From a virus: DNA of 64,000 bases. The DNA is taken from positions 1 through 64,000 of the IMG/VR virus record IMGVR_UViG_3300032240_001151; one strand, 5' to 3'. The notes beneath the pieces were generated by a model. That model saw only the letters and a list, made by a program, of their open reading frames with translations. It made no database searches and was not told the DNA's origin. Shown piece after piece: positions 8,308 through 18,120 of the stretch; position 1 is the stretch's first letter; each line of letters opens with the position of its first letter. The position numbers and the translations under genes are program-made.

Positions 8308-8449
8308 GTTTTCCCTAAAGGTGGCTAATTCGATACCTTTAAGTCCGGCCAAACTCAGAAGCAGCCCCCCCCCTTAAAGAACTCCTTTTTACCTACACAG
8401 GTTTTTGCAATATTTATGTATATACCTCAATAAAAAATTTCCAAAAAAA

Positions 8450-9067
8450 ATGAAGCTTATTGACATCCTTACGGATTTATTGAAAGAAGAAAGTGGTAAT
8501 GTATTCTTTCTTTTAAAGCCAACAGACATTTTAGATGCCTTAGTAGAAGATTTCTATACTAATACTCCCAGTATGCAGAAATTGATAAGTAGAGGTATTT
8601 CTCCTGTTGATATTTCTAATGCCATGGATAATCTTTTAGGACTTACATTTTCAGGGACGGATAGTGCTTGGAAGGAACTAGAGTCTGAGGCAAATGCCTC
8701 TAAAAGCGAATTAGCTGCTGCTAAAAGGGATGTAGATTCTTTTGTTGGTACTCTTAAAAAAGATGTTCCTGCTATCTCTAATGTCTTTAAAGCGGTTTAT
8801 GCTGCTTATGATAAGGGAGATGAGAGTCTTATGACTAAGTTGTCTCCTCAGTACATAGATACCTATTTGAAATACTATACGTCAGACGTAGTTAATAAAA
8901 AGACTAATATTAGGAGTTCAGAGGACTATAAAAACCTTATTGGTGCTTTGAAAGATTTAACAACAAAAAACGAAGAGTGGAGTCAGAAATACAAAAATAG
9001 CATAGATTGCAATAATCCGAAAGGCTTCTCTCAAAGAGCGCATTGCGCAGGAAGGAAAAAACATTAA
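8450..9067 (+). CDS. putative head-internal protein (start MKLIDIL)
   Basis: ATATTTAT at 8410; leader MKLIDILTDLLKEE; C-terminal WSQKYKNSIDCNNPKGFSQRAHCAGRKK module. Confidence 0.7.
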   Translation: MKLIDILTDLLKEESGNVFFLLKPTDILDALVEDFYTNTPSMQKLISRGISPVDISNAMDNLLGLTFSGTDSAWKELESEANASKSELAAAKRDVDSFVGTLKKDVPAISNVFKAVYAAYDKGDESLMTKLSPQYIDTYLKYYTSDVVNKKTNIRSSEDYKNLIGALKDLTTKNEEWSQKYKNSIDCNNPKGFSQRAHCAGRKKH

Positions 9068-9085
9068 AATACAAATACAGGAAAA

Positions 9086-9403
9086 ATGATCAATTTTATA
9101 AAACTGTTAACGGAAGCTACAAAAAATTTTGAATCTTTTGCTAAAAATCGTTTAGCCGGTGCAGAAAAAATAATAGCTAATGCAAAGGAAAAAGGCGGAG
9201 ATGCTTTACTTACATATAGGCACTTTAAAGTAAAACCAGCTTACTATAAAAAAGCTATAAATGGCAAATTTGATATAGAGGCTGCTAAAAAGGAATTTGA
9301 AGAAACTTATAAGAAGATATCATTAAAAATGACTCAAACGGAGTTTCAGCGTGAAGTTGGACGTTTAGAGGTATTAGGAGAGTTGATAATAAAAAACAAA
9401 TAA
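9086..9403 (+). CDS. hypothetical protein
   Basis: MINFIKLLTEA leader. Confidence 0.7.
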   Translation: MINFIKLLTEATKNFESFAKNRLAGAEKIIANAKEKGGDALLTYRHFKVKPAYYKKAINGKFDIEAAKKEFEETYKKISLKMTQTEFQREVGRLEVLGELIIKNK

Positions 9404-9547
9404 ATGGCAAACGCAGCACCCAAGAAGAAGCCGATGAAGTCCCATAGGTCCGGCAAGAAGACAAAGAAGAGGATTGATCAAAACCATCAGATCCTTAGGA
9501 ATTTTGTGAGTCCAATACAAAATATCGTTGATAAAAGTGGAGTCTAA
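9404..9547 (+). CDS. small basic protein (47 aa, not in the ORF track)
   Basis: MANAAPKKKPMKSHRSGKKTKKRIDQNHQILRN...; ATG directly follows the previous stop. Confidence 0.55.
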   Translation: MANAAPKKKPMKSHRSGKKTKKRIDQNHQILRNFVSPIQNIVDKSGV

Positions 9548-10235
9548 ACTATCTATTGTCATCCCTTGTAAGAATGAGAACTATGTGTTGATTGAGACTT
9601 TGCATTGTCTCATTAAACAGAAGGGTATTGAAGGGGTTTCTATTATCGTAGCAGATTGTTCTACGGACAATACCAGATCTTTGGTAGAATTGTTCAGTAA
9701 GTTGTCTAAACTTAATTTGGTGTTTACGGAGGGCGGTTTGCCGGCCATAGCCCGTAATAACGGGGCTAAGTTAGTAAAAACTCCTTATGTGTTGTTTTTG
9801 GATGCGGATACCCATATATACAATCCTAATTTGATTAGTGATTGTTTAGATCTGTGTATATCGGGATATTATGATTTAGTTACCTGTAAGTTTACTACAG
9901 AGAAGCCCTATAATTATGTTTATAGGGTTTTTGATTTTGTGCAGTGGGTTAGTTCTAAAACACAGCCTTTTTGCTTAGGCGGTTTTATGTTGTTTAAATT
10001 AGAAGCTTTTAAAACCCTTAATGGATTCAATGAAGAAGATAAAATTGCTGAGGATTATCATCTCAGTTCGAAAGTTAAACCTAGAAGGTTTAAGGTGTCA
10101 AACTATTTCGTGTATACTCCAAGTAGAAGATTTAGTAAGAAAGGTATACGGTATATGATATCCCTGGCATGTAATGCCTGGGTTAACAGGCATAACGATG
10201 ACTGGTTTAAAAAAGACTACAACTATTGGAAATGA
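9528..10235 (+). CDS. family 2 glycosyltransferase
   Basis: SIVIPCKNE...DCSTDNT...ARNNGA...FLDAD...ED. Confidence 0.9.
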   Translation: MIKVESKLSIVIPCKNENYVLIETLHCLIKQKGIEGVSIIVADCSTDNTRSLVELFSKLSKLNLVFTEGGLPAIARNNGAKLVKTPYVLFLDADTHIYNPNLISDCLDLCISGYYDLVTCKFTTEKPYNYVYRVFDFVQWVSSKTQPFCLGGFMLFKLEAFKTLNGFNEEDKIAEDYHLSSKVKPRRFKVSNYFVYTPSRRFSKKGIRYMISLACNAWVNRHNDDWFKKDYNYWK

Positions 10236-10978
10236 ACAACTACAAGGCTATTATTGTTTCTGACCTGCATTTAGGGACGAAGGACTCTAAATGTGATGAG
10301 TTCTTAGAGTTTATAGATAAGCATCCTACGGATCTGCTGATCCTCAACGGAGACATAGTTGATGCGTGGGCTATCAACAGAGGCTCTAAGTGGAAAAAAC
10401 AGCATACCAAGGTCATAGGCAAGATCCTGAAACTATCCAATAAAACCCAGGTTGTATGGATTCGTGGGAACCACGATGAATTCATAACTGAGTTTATAGG
10501 GAATAGCTTTGGAGGGGTAGAGTTTAGAGAAGACTACACCATCCGATACCAGGAGTGGATTGAATACGATAACTGGCAGAATAGATGCTATTACGTCTTC
10601 CACGGAGACGTTATAGACATATTCATTACAAAGTATAAGTGGCTATCCAAAATAGGCTCTATAGGCTACGATTTAGCCTTATGGCTTAATAGGGTGTATA
10701 ACAACTATAGAGCTTGGCGTAAGCTCCCATACCAGAGTATCTCCCAGAAGATCAAGGAAGGCGTAAAGAAGGCTGTTTCTTACGTTAATGACTTTGAGGT
10801 TACTGCCATTAAGATGGCCGAGAAAAAGGGCTGTAATGGCGTTATATGCGGTCATATACACCAACCTAAGGATAGGATGATTGACGGTAAGCGATATGTC
10901 AATAGCGGTGACTGGGTTGAGAACATGACCGCTATACTTGTTGATCATAAAGGCAAGCTTTCTATTTATAAAAAATAA
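10226..10978 (+). CDS. LpxH-like calcineurin-type metallophosphoesterase
   Basis: SDLHLG, NGDIVD, GNHD, HGD, CGHIH, NSGDW motifs. Confidence 0.85.
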   Translation: MEMNNYKAIIVSDLHLGTKDSKCDEFLEFIDKHPTDLLILNGDIVDAWAINRGSKWKKQHTKVIGKILKLSNKTQVVWIRGNHDEFITEFIGNSFGGVEFREDYTIRYQEWIEYDNWQNRCYYVFHGDVIDIFITKYKWLSKIGSIGYDLALWLNRVYNNYRAWRKLPYQSISQKIKEGVKKAVSYVNDFEVTAIKMAEKKGCNGVICGHIHQPKDRMIDGKRYVNSGDWVENMTAILVDHKGKLSIYKK

Positions 10979-11192
10979 ATGTATGTATAAGTTTTTTGAT
11001 CTGTTGTTTAATTTTAAGGCCTCTAAGGAGGACATGATTGCTAAGGGTTTTATCTGGGCTGTATTGTTGTTTGGTGGCTGTTGGTTGTTAGCTTTGGGGG
11101 TTAGCTCTCTATAGCTGTATATATAAAATATATTAGGTGTGGTTCGCGCGACCTGGCGGTTTTGCTATATTTATATGTATAAAAATTATTTT

Positions 11193-11483
11193 ATGAAATA
11201 CCTTATTATCTACTTCCTTTTAGCATTAATTGGGTGCTCCTCTCCTGTTAGAATAGTTGAGAGTTATTCAACGGATAGTACCGGTAAAACTATTAAGACT
11301 ATTACTAAATATTACGATAGTTCTCCTGTTGTTCATCGTGAGTTTATTGAAGATCACTACTATAGCAATCCTTATTACTATAGGCCTTTTGGTTATGGTT
11401 ACTATCCTCGTACACAGATAGTGGTTCCTATTAGGCCTAGCTACGGTCCTAGATATACTCCACGAAACAACCCTCATCATTAA
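11193..11483 (+). CDS. lipoprotein with Tyr/Pro-rich tail
   Basis: MKYLIIYFLLALIGC lipobox; ATATTTAT at 11167. Confidence 0.65.
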   Translation: MKYLIIYFLLALIGCSSPVRIVESYSTDSTGKTIKTITKYYDSSPVVHREFIEDHYYSNPYYYRPFGYGYYPRTQIVVPIRPSYGPRYTPRNNPHH

Positions 11484-11484
11484 A

Positions 11485-12123
11485 ATGATTAAGCTACTAG
11501 ATTTATTTAAAGAGTCTCTAAAAGAAGAGACCAGTATCTTAAAAGAAGTTGGGGAGAATACCTATTCTTTTAGTGATCCGGAAATAGAGGTTATTAGCCC
11601 TAGTAAGAACTTTGTGATTTATACCTTTAAGACTAAAAAGAAAAAGGATGAAGATGGGAAAGAGATAGTGGGTACGGAAACAGAGTATGAAGTTACTTTC
11701 CAGTCTACTTACTTTAAGAATAGTCCAGACTTTAAATGGGAGACGGATATCTCTTTTGATCCTATATCTAAAGAAGATGATGAGGATGTTATGGCTTACT
11801 CCTTTGATAAGCCTGAAGTTGGAGAGACTAATGAATTTGATGCAGCTGCTGTGTTGTTTACTGTTGCTAAGATCATTCTTGCTTTCATAGAAGAGTTTAA
11901 GCCTGAGTCTTTATCCTACAGCGGTATTGTTTCCGGCAAGGAAACGCCAGGAGCTTCGGTGATGACTAAGAGAGATCGTATTTATGATATGATGGTGCAG
12001 TCTATGATTAGTAAGGCTCCAGGGTATAGTTTTAAAAGACAAGGGTTTAACATGACAATTTTCTATAAAGGGGAACTTCCTGTACCAGGACATAATAAAA
12101 TCTTTGATTACCCCAATTCTTAA
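11485..12123 (+). CDS. hypothetical protein (MIKLLDL leader)
   Basis: Long ORF in operon. Confidence 0.75.
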   Translation: MIKLLDLFKESLKEETSILKEVGENTYSFSDPEIEVISPSKNFVIYTFKTKKKKDEDGKEIVGTETEYEVTFQSTYFKNSPDFKWETDISFDPISKEDDEDVMAYSFDKPEVGETNEFDAAAVLFTVAKIILAFIEEFKPESLSYSGIVSGKETPGASVMTKRDRIYDMMVQSMISKAPGYSFKRQGFNMTIFYKGELPVPGHNKIFDYPNS

Positions 12124-12147
12124 TATTTATACTATATAACTAATAAA

Positions 12148-12567
12148 ATGAAAAACGAACAGAAATTTAAACAAAGAATAGCAGAGATTGCTGCTAAGAT
12201 TGCTGAGGGCGCTTACGGAGAAGAGGATGAAGTTAAAAAACCTAAACAAGAGGAAGACATGGAAGAAGCTGAACAAAAGTCAGACGGTGAAAAAGTAACT
12301 ACTATATTATCTAGGATATCTAGCCTTAGAACTCCTATGAATCTTGTAGATCAGGCTTCAGAGTTTACAGATCTTTTAAGAGGTTTGTTACCTATGATGC
12401 CTAAGCTTACCCCTCAAAGAGCTATACAAGGTATGAACACCCTTAGAAATGAATTGGCTAAAACTGCAGCTAATGCAAATTCAAATGAGCCTAAGTCAGG
12501 TTCTGAAGGTGGTGATGAAGATCTTCCTCAACTCCAAGAAGCGTTCAATCGCATTAACAGAAAGTAA
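12148..12567 (+). CDS. hypothetical protein
   Basis: ATATTTAT at 12123. Confidence 0.7.
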   Translation: MKNEQKFKQRIAEIAAKIAEGAYGEEDEVKKPKQEEDMEEAEQKSDGEKVTTILSRISSLRTPMNLVDQASEFTDLLRGLLPMMPKLTPQRAIQGMNTLRNELAKTAANANSNEPKSGSEGGDEDLPQLQEAFNRINRK

Positions 12568-12582
12568 TAATTATTAAATAAG

Positions 12583-12624
12583 AGAAAGGCTTGCTATTCA
12601 ATCTGGCAGGTCTTTCTTTTTTTT
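12583..12624 (+). terminator. intrinsic terminator
   Basis: agaaaggcttgct/ggcaggtctttct stem followed by a T-run. Confidence 0.65.
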
Positions 12625-12708
12625 ATAATTGTCATAAAGTATAGAGATTCCGGCTGCTATTGTAAGCAGTATAAGGCATCCGAATATCATCAGACCTACT
12701 ATATCCAT
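12598..12708 (-). CDS. small membrane protein (36 aa)
   Basis: MDIVGLMIFGCLILLTIAAGISILYDNYKKKKDLPD. Confidence 0.45.
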   Translation of the reverse strand: MDIVGLMIFGCLILLTIAAGISILYDNYKKKKDLPD

Positions 12709-12722
12709 GGGTTTGGTTTTTA

Positions 12723-12851
12723 CTACCGCCCTTGTCCTCTATATGCTTTTGGTCTTGGGCTGTGTTTGTTATAAGATTTTTTTGCAACTCCAAGTTTTCT
12801 TTTACCAAAGGTGATCTTTATGGAAGTACCACCGCCTTTTGCTTTTGCCAT
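12723..12851 (-). CDS. small basic protein ending YRGQGR (42 aa)
   Basis: MAKAKGGGTSIKITFGKRKLGVAKKSYNKHSPRPKAYRGQGR; own ATATTTAT motif on the minus strand at 12867-12874. Confidence 0.7.
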   Translation of the reverse strand: MAKAKGGGTSIKITFGKRKLGVAKKSYNKHSPRPKAYRGQGR

Positions 12852-12919
12852 GACTTATTCTTTTATATAAATATTTGTTAATTGATTGTTTTTTAATATT
12901 TATATATAATTAAAGTAAT

Positions 12920-14491
12920 ATGCCATTAGATACTAAAAAATCATTACTAAGCGGAAATAAAAGCCAAGTTGGTAAAAAACAATCAAAGTCTTTTTTGCAA
13001 CCGCATTCTTTCGGTTCTACGGGTATTTCTGGTACTTTAGTATCTACCTATGCACAGATTCAAGGATTTGAAGCTCCTATTAATATCCCTTATACGGCTG
13101 GGGAGGAAATCCCTCCTTCTCCTCCTCCTGTTTTAGTTTTTAAGTTGTTATTTAATGACATAGCTAACGCTAATGCATTAGTAGGAGATGCGTCAAATGT
13201 AGCAGACTGGAATACCTTCTTTGACTTACCTAATTATGGTAATCCATTTACAAGTGTAAGTATAGTTGGAAATGAGATTAATTTAATAGGTGGTAGTAAT
13301 ATTACTATTAGAGGTAACTTATTTGCATCTAATAATAATATTATAAGTGTTGTAGATACAGGTTGTATATTATCTACTATAGATCAACCTTTTATATATT
13401 GTACTTCATTAGTGTCTGTAAATTTACCACTAGTTACAACTGTATGTTCAAATTGTTTTTATGGTTGTACTTCATTAACTACAATTAGTTTACCATCTTG
13501 TACAAATTTAGGTACAACCATTGGTTATGATTCTGTATTCTATAATATAATAGGTAACACAATAACATTAACTATACCTTCTGCTCTTATGACTTGTAAT
13601 GGAGGAAATCCAGATGTTGATATAATTGATTTAGGTATAGATAATAATTTAATAATAAATGGGGATACTTATATACCATTTGCTGGATATACTGGAAATT
13701 TAACATTGGAATGGGATAATATTTCTAATGCAGATTTACTAGTTGGTGATAGTTCAAATGTTGGAGATTGGAATACATTCTTTAATTTATCACATTGGTC
13801 AACTGAATTTATATCAGTTGAAGTTTTTGGTAATAGCGTAACATTAATTGGTGGTGAAAATATAATCATTAGAAGTAACTTATTTCAAGATAATAATAAT
13901 ATTATAAGTGTTGTAGATACAGGTTGTATATCCTATATTAGAAATGAATCTTTTCGAAATTGTACTTCATTAGTGTCAGTAGATATACCATCAGTTACCA
14001 CTGTAGGTTTTAATTGTTTTGTATCTTGTACTTCATTAGTGTCTGTAAATTTACCACTAGTTACCACTGTAGGTGAGTCTTGTTTCTCAGATTGTAACTC
14101 ACTAACTACAATAGATTTACATTCACTTATAATAGCTAGTAATTTTTGTTTTAATCACTGTTTATTGACAACAATTAATTTACCTATACTTAAAACTGCT
14201 GGGCTTGATAGTTTTGCGTATTGTACTTCATTGGTATCAGTAGATTTACCACTAGTTACAACTGTAGGTGATTTTTGTTTTAATAGTTGTACTTCATTAA
14301 CTACAATTAGTTTACCATCTTGTATTAACTTGGGTACAACAGTTGATTATAATTTCGTATTTCGTAATATTTCAGGAAAATCAATAACACTAACAGTACC
14401 TTCAGCTCTTATGACATGTGACAGTGGTAATCCAGATGGAGATATAGTTTATTTGCAGAATCACAATACAGTAACAGTAATAACAGTTTAA
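12920..14491 (+). CDS. BspA-type leucine-rich repeat (LRR_5) protein
   Basis: Repeated CF..CTSLTTI.LP..TT.G units; internal duplication. Confidence 0.85.
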   Translation: MPLDTKKSLLSGNKSQVGKKQSKSFLQPHSFGSTGISGTLVSTYAQIQGFEAPINIPYTAGEEIPPSPPPVLVFKLLFNDIANANALVGDASNVADWNTFFDLPNYGNPFTSVSIVGNEINLIGGSNITIRGNLFASNNNIISVVDTGCILSTIDQPFIYCTSLVSVNLPLVTTVCSNCFYGCTSLTTISLPSCTNLGTTIGYDSVFYNIIGNTITLTIPSALMTCNGGNPDVDIIDLGIDNNLIINGDTYIPFAGYTGNLTLEWDNISNADLLVGDSSNVGDWNTFFNLSHWSTEFISVEVFGNSVTLIGGENIIIRSNLFQDNNNIISVVDTGCISYIRNESFRNCTSLVSVDIPSVTTVGFNCFVSCTSLVSVNLPLVTTVGESCFSDCNSLTTIDLHSLIIASNFCFNHCLLTTINLPILKTAGLDSFAYCTSLVSVDLPLVTTVGDFCFNSCTSLTTISLPSCINLGTTVDYNFVFRNISGKSITLTVPSALMTCDSGNPDGDIVYLQNHNTVTVITV

Positions 14492-15756
14492 AAAATAATA
14501 AATGTTAGAATCAAAAAAATCATTATTAACAGGAAATAAAAGTCAAGTTGGTAAAAAACAATCAAAGTCTTTTTTGCAACCCAAATCTTTTAGTTCTACT
14601 GGCATTTCTGGTACACTAACCTCGACATATCTTCAACCTACTAACTATGAACCAACTGTTAGTAAGCCATATGAAACTCCCCAGAATGCATTTAAATTAT
14701 TATTTAATGATATTAACAATGCTAACTTATTAGTGGGTGACGCATCTAATGTATCAGATTGGAATTATTTCCTTAATCTTCCAGCACTTGGTAATCCTTT
14801 TACATCTGTAGAAGTTTTAGGCAATGAAGTAAAATTATATGGTGGATCTAATATTAAAGTGAAACCAGCACTAATGTATAATGAAGGTTATCAATATTTA
14901 GTAAGTATAGTTGATGAAATTGGGTGTATTACATCTGTTGGTGGAGATGCATTTAGCTATTGTGAGCTGTTAACCTCAGTGAGTTTGCCAGAATGTACAA
15001 TTATATATGGTTATGAAGATTCTCCATACGATGATTATGGTGGATTTGGAGGTTGTCAAGCATTAGCTAATATAAACATTCCAAAACTAGTTACACTTGG
15101 TAGTTATGCATTAAGTGATAATATATCAATATCAACGTCTCTTAACTTTCCTCTATTAACAACTATTGCAGATGGTGGGCTTAGCTATTTGTCAAATGCA
15201 ACATCAATAAACCTACCAAGTCTTGAAACGATTGGTGCTTCTGGTTTATCAGGTAATAATGCAGTGACGTCTTTTGTTTTACCAAATGTATCACTTATTG
15301 GTGATTATGCTTTTGCAGGTTGTTCATCTTTAACAACAATAAGTCTACCAAAACTTACAACTGCTGGTAATCGCTGTTTCTATTATTGTACAAGTTTAGC
15401 ATCAATCTCTTTACCTATACTTGAAACAGCAGGTGATTATTGTTTCACGGATTGCTCTTCACTAACAACAATTAATTTACCAGTATTAGTTAGTGCTGGC
15501 ATAGCTTGTTTCGTTGATTGCTCTTCACTAACAACAATTAATTTACCACAATGCATAAATTTAGGACCAGATTGTTTTGATAGTATGGTATTTGCTAATA
15601 TTATTGGAAATACTATTACACTCACTGTCCCATCTGCACTTATGACTTGTAACAGCGGTAATCCAGATGGTGATATTCAAGAATTACAAGCTAACAATAC
15701 AGTAACAGTAATAACAGTTTAAAAAATAATAAATGTTAGAATCAAAAAAATCATTA
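14463..15756 (+). repeat. 63 bp identical direct repeats spanning gene junctions (14463-14525 and 15694-15756)
   Basis: acaatacagtaacagtaataacagtttaaaaaataataaatgttagaatcaaaaaaatcatta occurs twice. Confidence 0.85.
14502..15722 (+). CDS. BspA-type LRR protein, paralog of 12920
   Basis: Same N-terminal leader and C-terminal cap TLTVPSALMTC.SGNPDGDI. Confidence 0.85.
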   Translation: MLESKKSLLTGNKSQVGKKQSKSFLQPKSFSSTGISGTLTSTYLQPTNYEPTVSKPYETPQNAFKLLFNDINNANLLVGDASNVSDWNYFLNLPALGNPFTSVEVLGNEVKLYGGSNIKVKPALMYNEGYQYLVSIVDEIGCITSVGGDAFSYCELLTSVSLPECTIIYGYEDSPYDDYGGFGGCQALANINIPKLVTLGSYALSDNISISTSLNFPLLTTIADGGLSYLSNATSINLPSLETIGASGLSGNNAVTSFVLPNVSLIGDYAFAGCSSLTTISLPKLTTAGNRCFYYCTSLASISLPILETAGDYCFTDCSSLTTINLPVLVSAGIACFVDCSSLTTINLPQCINLGPDCFDSMVFANIIGNTITLTVPSALMTCNSGNPDGDIQELQANNTVTVITV

Positions 15757-16176
15757 CTAAGCGGAAATAAAAGTCAAGTTGGTAAAAAACAAACAAAATC
15801 TTTTTTACAACCATCTTCTTTTGATTCTACCGGTATTTCTGGTACACTAACCCCATCATATCTTCAACCTATTAACTACGAACCAATTGTTAATAGGCCA
15901 TACGTAGCTATTGATCCAAATTGTATATATTTTACAATAGAGGCTGTAGAAAATGACCCTTTCTGGTTTTTCATAGTTGTTAATGATGATGGTGGTCCAA
16001 ATTTAACAGGTGTTGTAACTTGGGGAGATGATAGCACAGCTGACACATTTACAATTGCTCCAGATTCTGGTGTATTTTTAAATCATACATTTTTACGTGC
16101 AGGATCTTACAGTGGATCACTTCGTGTAGACGATCCATCTAGAATCTATCTAATTCAAGCAACTATTAACGATTAA
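15733..16176 (+). CDS. shared-leader protein with PKD-like domain
   Basis: Same leader; VTWGDDS...HTFLRAGSY. Confidence 0.7.
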   Translation: MLESKKSLLSGNKSQVGKKQTKSFLQPSSFDSTGISGTLTPSYLQPINYEPIVNRPYVAIDPNCIYFTIEAVENDPFWFFIVVNDDGGPNLTGVVTWGDDSTADTFTIAPDSGVFLNHTFLRAGSYSGSLRVDDPSRIYLIQATIND

Positions 16177-16187
16177 AATAATTTACA

Positions 16188-16622
16188 ATGGGAGCAAGGC
16201 TTACAAAAATATCAAACTTCAAAGAATTTACAGGATTGCGTGTTGTATTATTAGGTTGGAATTCTCTTTCTAGTTTTCCAAATGATGAAATAAGCAGTGA
16301 ACTTATTGAGTTAGGATTACAAAGTAACCAACTCAATTCATTAAACATTTCCAATTTTACGATCTTATCTACTTTATATGTAGGTACTAATCATTTGGAA
16401 GAATTGGATATATCTAATAATCCTAATATAGATACTATAAGTGCAAACACTAATAGATTGTCACAATCAGCTGTGAATAATATACTGATTAACTTGGACA
16501 ATAATGGTTTATCAAATGGTAACTGTCAACTTTCTTCAGGAACAAATGCAGCACCTTCAGGTGATGGAATTACAGCTAAAACCAATCTACAAAGTAAAAG
16601 TTGGAGTGTTTATACAAACTAA
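16188..16622 (+). CDS. internalin-like LRR protein
   Basis: N.L..L.IS....L..L repeats. Confidence 0.7.
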   Translation: MGARLTKISNFKEFTGLRVVLLGWNSLSSFPNDEISSELIELGLQSNQLNSLNISNFTILSTLYVGTNHLEELDISNNPNIDTISANTNRLSQSAVNNILINLDNNGLSNGNCQLSSGTNAAPSGDGITAKTNLQSKSWSVYTN

Positions 16623-16654
16623 GTAATAATAATAATAATTTAAAATTTAAAAAA

Positions 16655-16990
16655 ATGCCAGCAAAAGAATTTACACTAGAAGAACTTATAGCTAATCAGA
16701 AACAACTAAAAGCTGATAAGATATCTAAAAATTTAGAAAACATTGCAAAAATGTCAGAAAGAGCTGCTGCTGCTGCTGAAGGTGCAGAGAAAGATAGACT
16801 TGAAGGTCTTGTAAAGTTACATCAAGATTATAAAGTAGAATTAGAGGCACTAGATCCTATAGCTATAGCAACAGAAAGATTTAATAAGTTAAAAGATATT
16901 AAACCAATTGTAGAAGCTCCTGCTCCTGAAGTTATAGAGCCAAAAACAACGCCAGCTGTAAAATTAAATTCAAGTTCTAGTTCTAAATAA
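16655..16990 (+). CDS. hypothetical protein (start MPAKEF)
   Basis: A-rich leader before ATG 16655. Confidence 0.65.
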   Translation: MPAKEFTLEELIANQKQLKADKISKNLENIAKMSERAAAAAEGAEKDRLEGLVKLHQDYKVELEALDPIAIATERFNKLKDIKPIVEAPAPEVIEPKTTPAVKLNSSSSSK

Positions 16991-17078
16991 TTGATACTAT
17001 ACTTTTAAAAAATTTACTATACGTTTAGAGTCTAAAGAATTTCGGTTATAAAAACTTAATTTTTAAGTAATTTTTACT

Positions 17079-17348
17079 TTATTCTATATAAAACTCTAAC
17101 TCTTTTAGTACTTTTTCAAGTATATTTATATCAATTTTGAGGTCGGGATTCATTATTTCTAATGAGTTTCTGACCTCATTTGCATATGCTTCCACCAAAG
17201 ATTCAGTAATTTCTTCATCATCTTCATCAATAATATCAGCCCAAATACAATCTAGAAGCTCAAAACTGAATAAAGAAAGTTCTAAATTGTTTGATTCCTC
17301 TATTAATTTGTTAAGGTTTTCTTGAAATTCTTTTAAATTTTTACTCAT
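17079..17348 (-). CDS. acidic hypothetical protein
   Basis: Very D/E-rich 89 aa ORF. Confidence 0.6.
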   Translation of the reverse strand: MSKNLKEFQENLNKLIEESNNLELSLFSFELLDCIWADIIDEDDEEITESLVEAYANEVRNSLEIMNPDLKIDINILEKVLKELEFYIE

Positions 17349-17362
17349 AATTTTTGTTGTTT

Positions 17363-17926
17363 TTAGCCGTTTTCAGCCTCTAAAATTAAATCTCTATATC
17401 TGTAGTAGAATTTATCTAGTAAAACGTCTCTAAGGCCCTCTAATGAGTTCTCACGATGTAAAAAAGGTGCTTCTTTAACTACTGTAGCCATTTCATTAGG
17501 AGATATGATCTCTATTAACCCTGCGTATTCAGGAATTTCAACTGTATTTAATAGTCCTTTTGGACAAGCATAGAAAAATTTATTAGGTCTTTTTATATTC
17601 TGAGTAGATTCTTTAGCTTCTGAAAGTAATAAATGCTTAGAAGTTTTATTGAAGTCGTCTTTATAGTCACCTCTGGTGACTTTTATTTCGACTTCGTATA
17701 CATAACCACTCTCTGATACTGAAAAGAAATCACTTTCCCACTCAAAAATATAAGCATTATTAATTAAATATTTATGATTTATGAACCTGAGTCTCAATGA
17801 TTTAACTATATCTTTAGAAGTAATATCAGTAGAATTTAACCCTCCTACATTTTTAGCTGATTTCTTCTTTTTATAAGTAGGTTTTTTTATATCTCCTTTT
17901 TCTAATTTAGAAAAATCTATTAACAT
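17363..17926 (-). CDS. MmcB-like PD-(D/E)xK nuclease-family protein
   Basis: ESDFF...YEVEIKVTRGDYKDD...PNKFFYACP. Confidence 0.7.
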   Translation of the reverse strand: MLIDFSKLEKGDIKKPTYKKKKSAKNVGGLNSTDITSKDIVKSLRLRFINHKYLINNAYIFEWESDFFSVSESGYVYEVEIKVTRGDYKDDFNKTSKHLLLSEAKESTQNIKRPNKFFYACPKGLLNTVEIPEYAGLIEIISPNEMATVVKEAPFLHRENSLEGLRDVLLDKFYYRYRDLILEAENG

Positions 17927-18120
17927 GTGGATAAGTTTTTATAAAAAAATTTGGTTTGTATTTTTAAAGTTACTACATTTGTATAGGGCTTTTGTATATA
18001 GTATCCCCGTTGACGGGGCTAACTCAGTCGCGGTACCCGCGCTAACTATAAATATATAATATACTATTAGTATATATTTATATATAATATATTTATTTTT
18101 ATTCATATGTTGCAAATTTA
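17926..18120. promoter_or_regulatory. divergent promoter region with a DnaA-box match
   Basis: TACATTTG (+, 17974-81), TAAATTTG (-, 18113-20), TGTGGATAA (17926-34). Confidence 0.5.

Noticed and set aside
12920-15722. DGR variable/template repeat pair among the LRR repeats
   Set aside because: Differences are not restricted to adenines and no RT is present; ordinary duplication explains them
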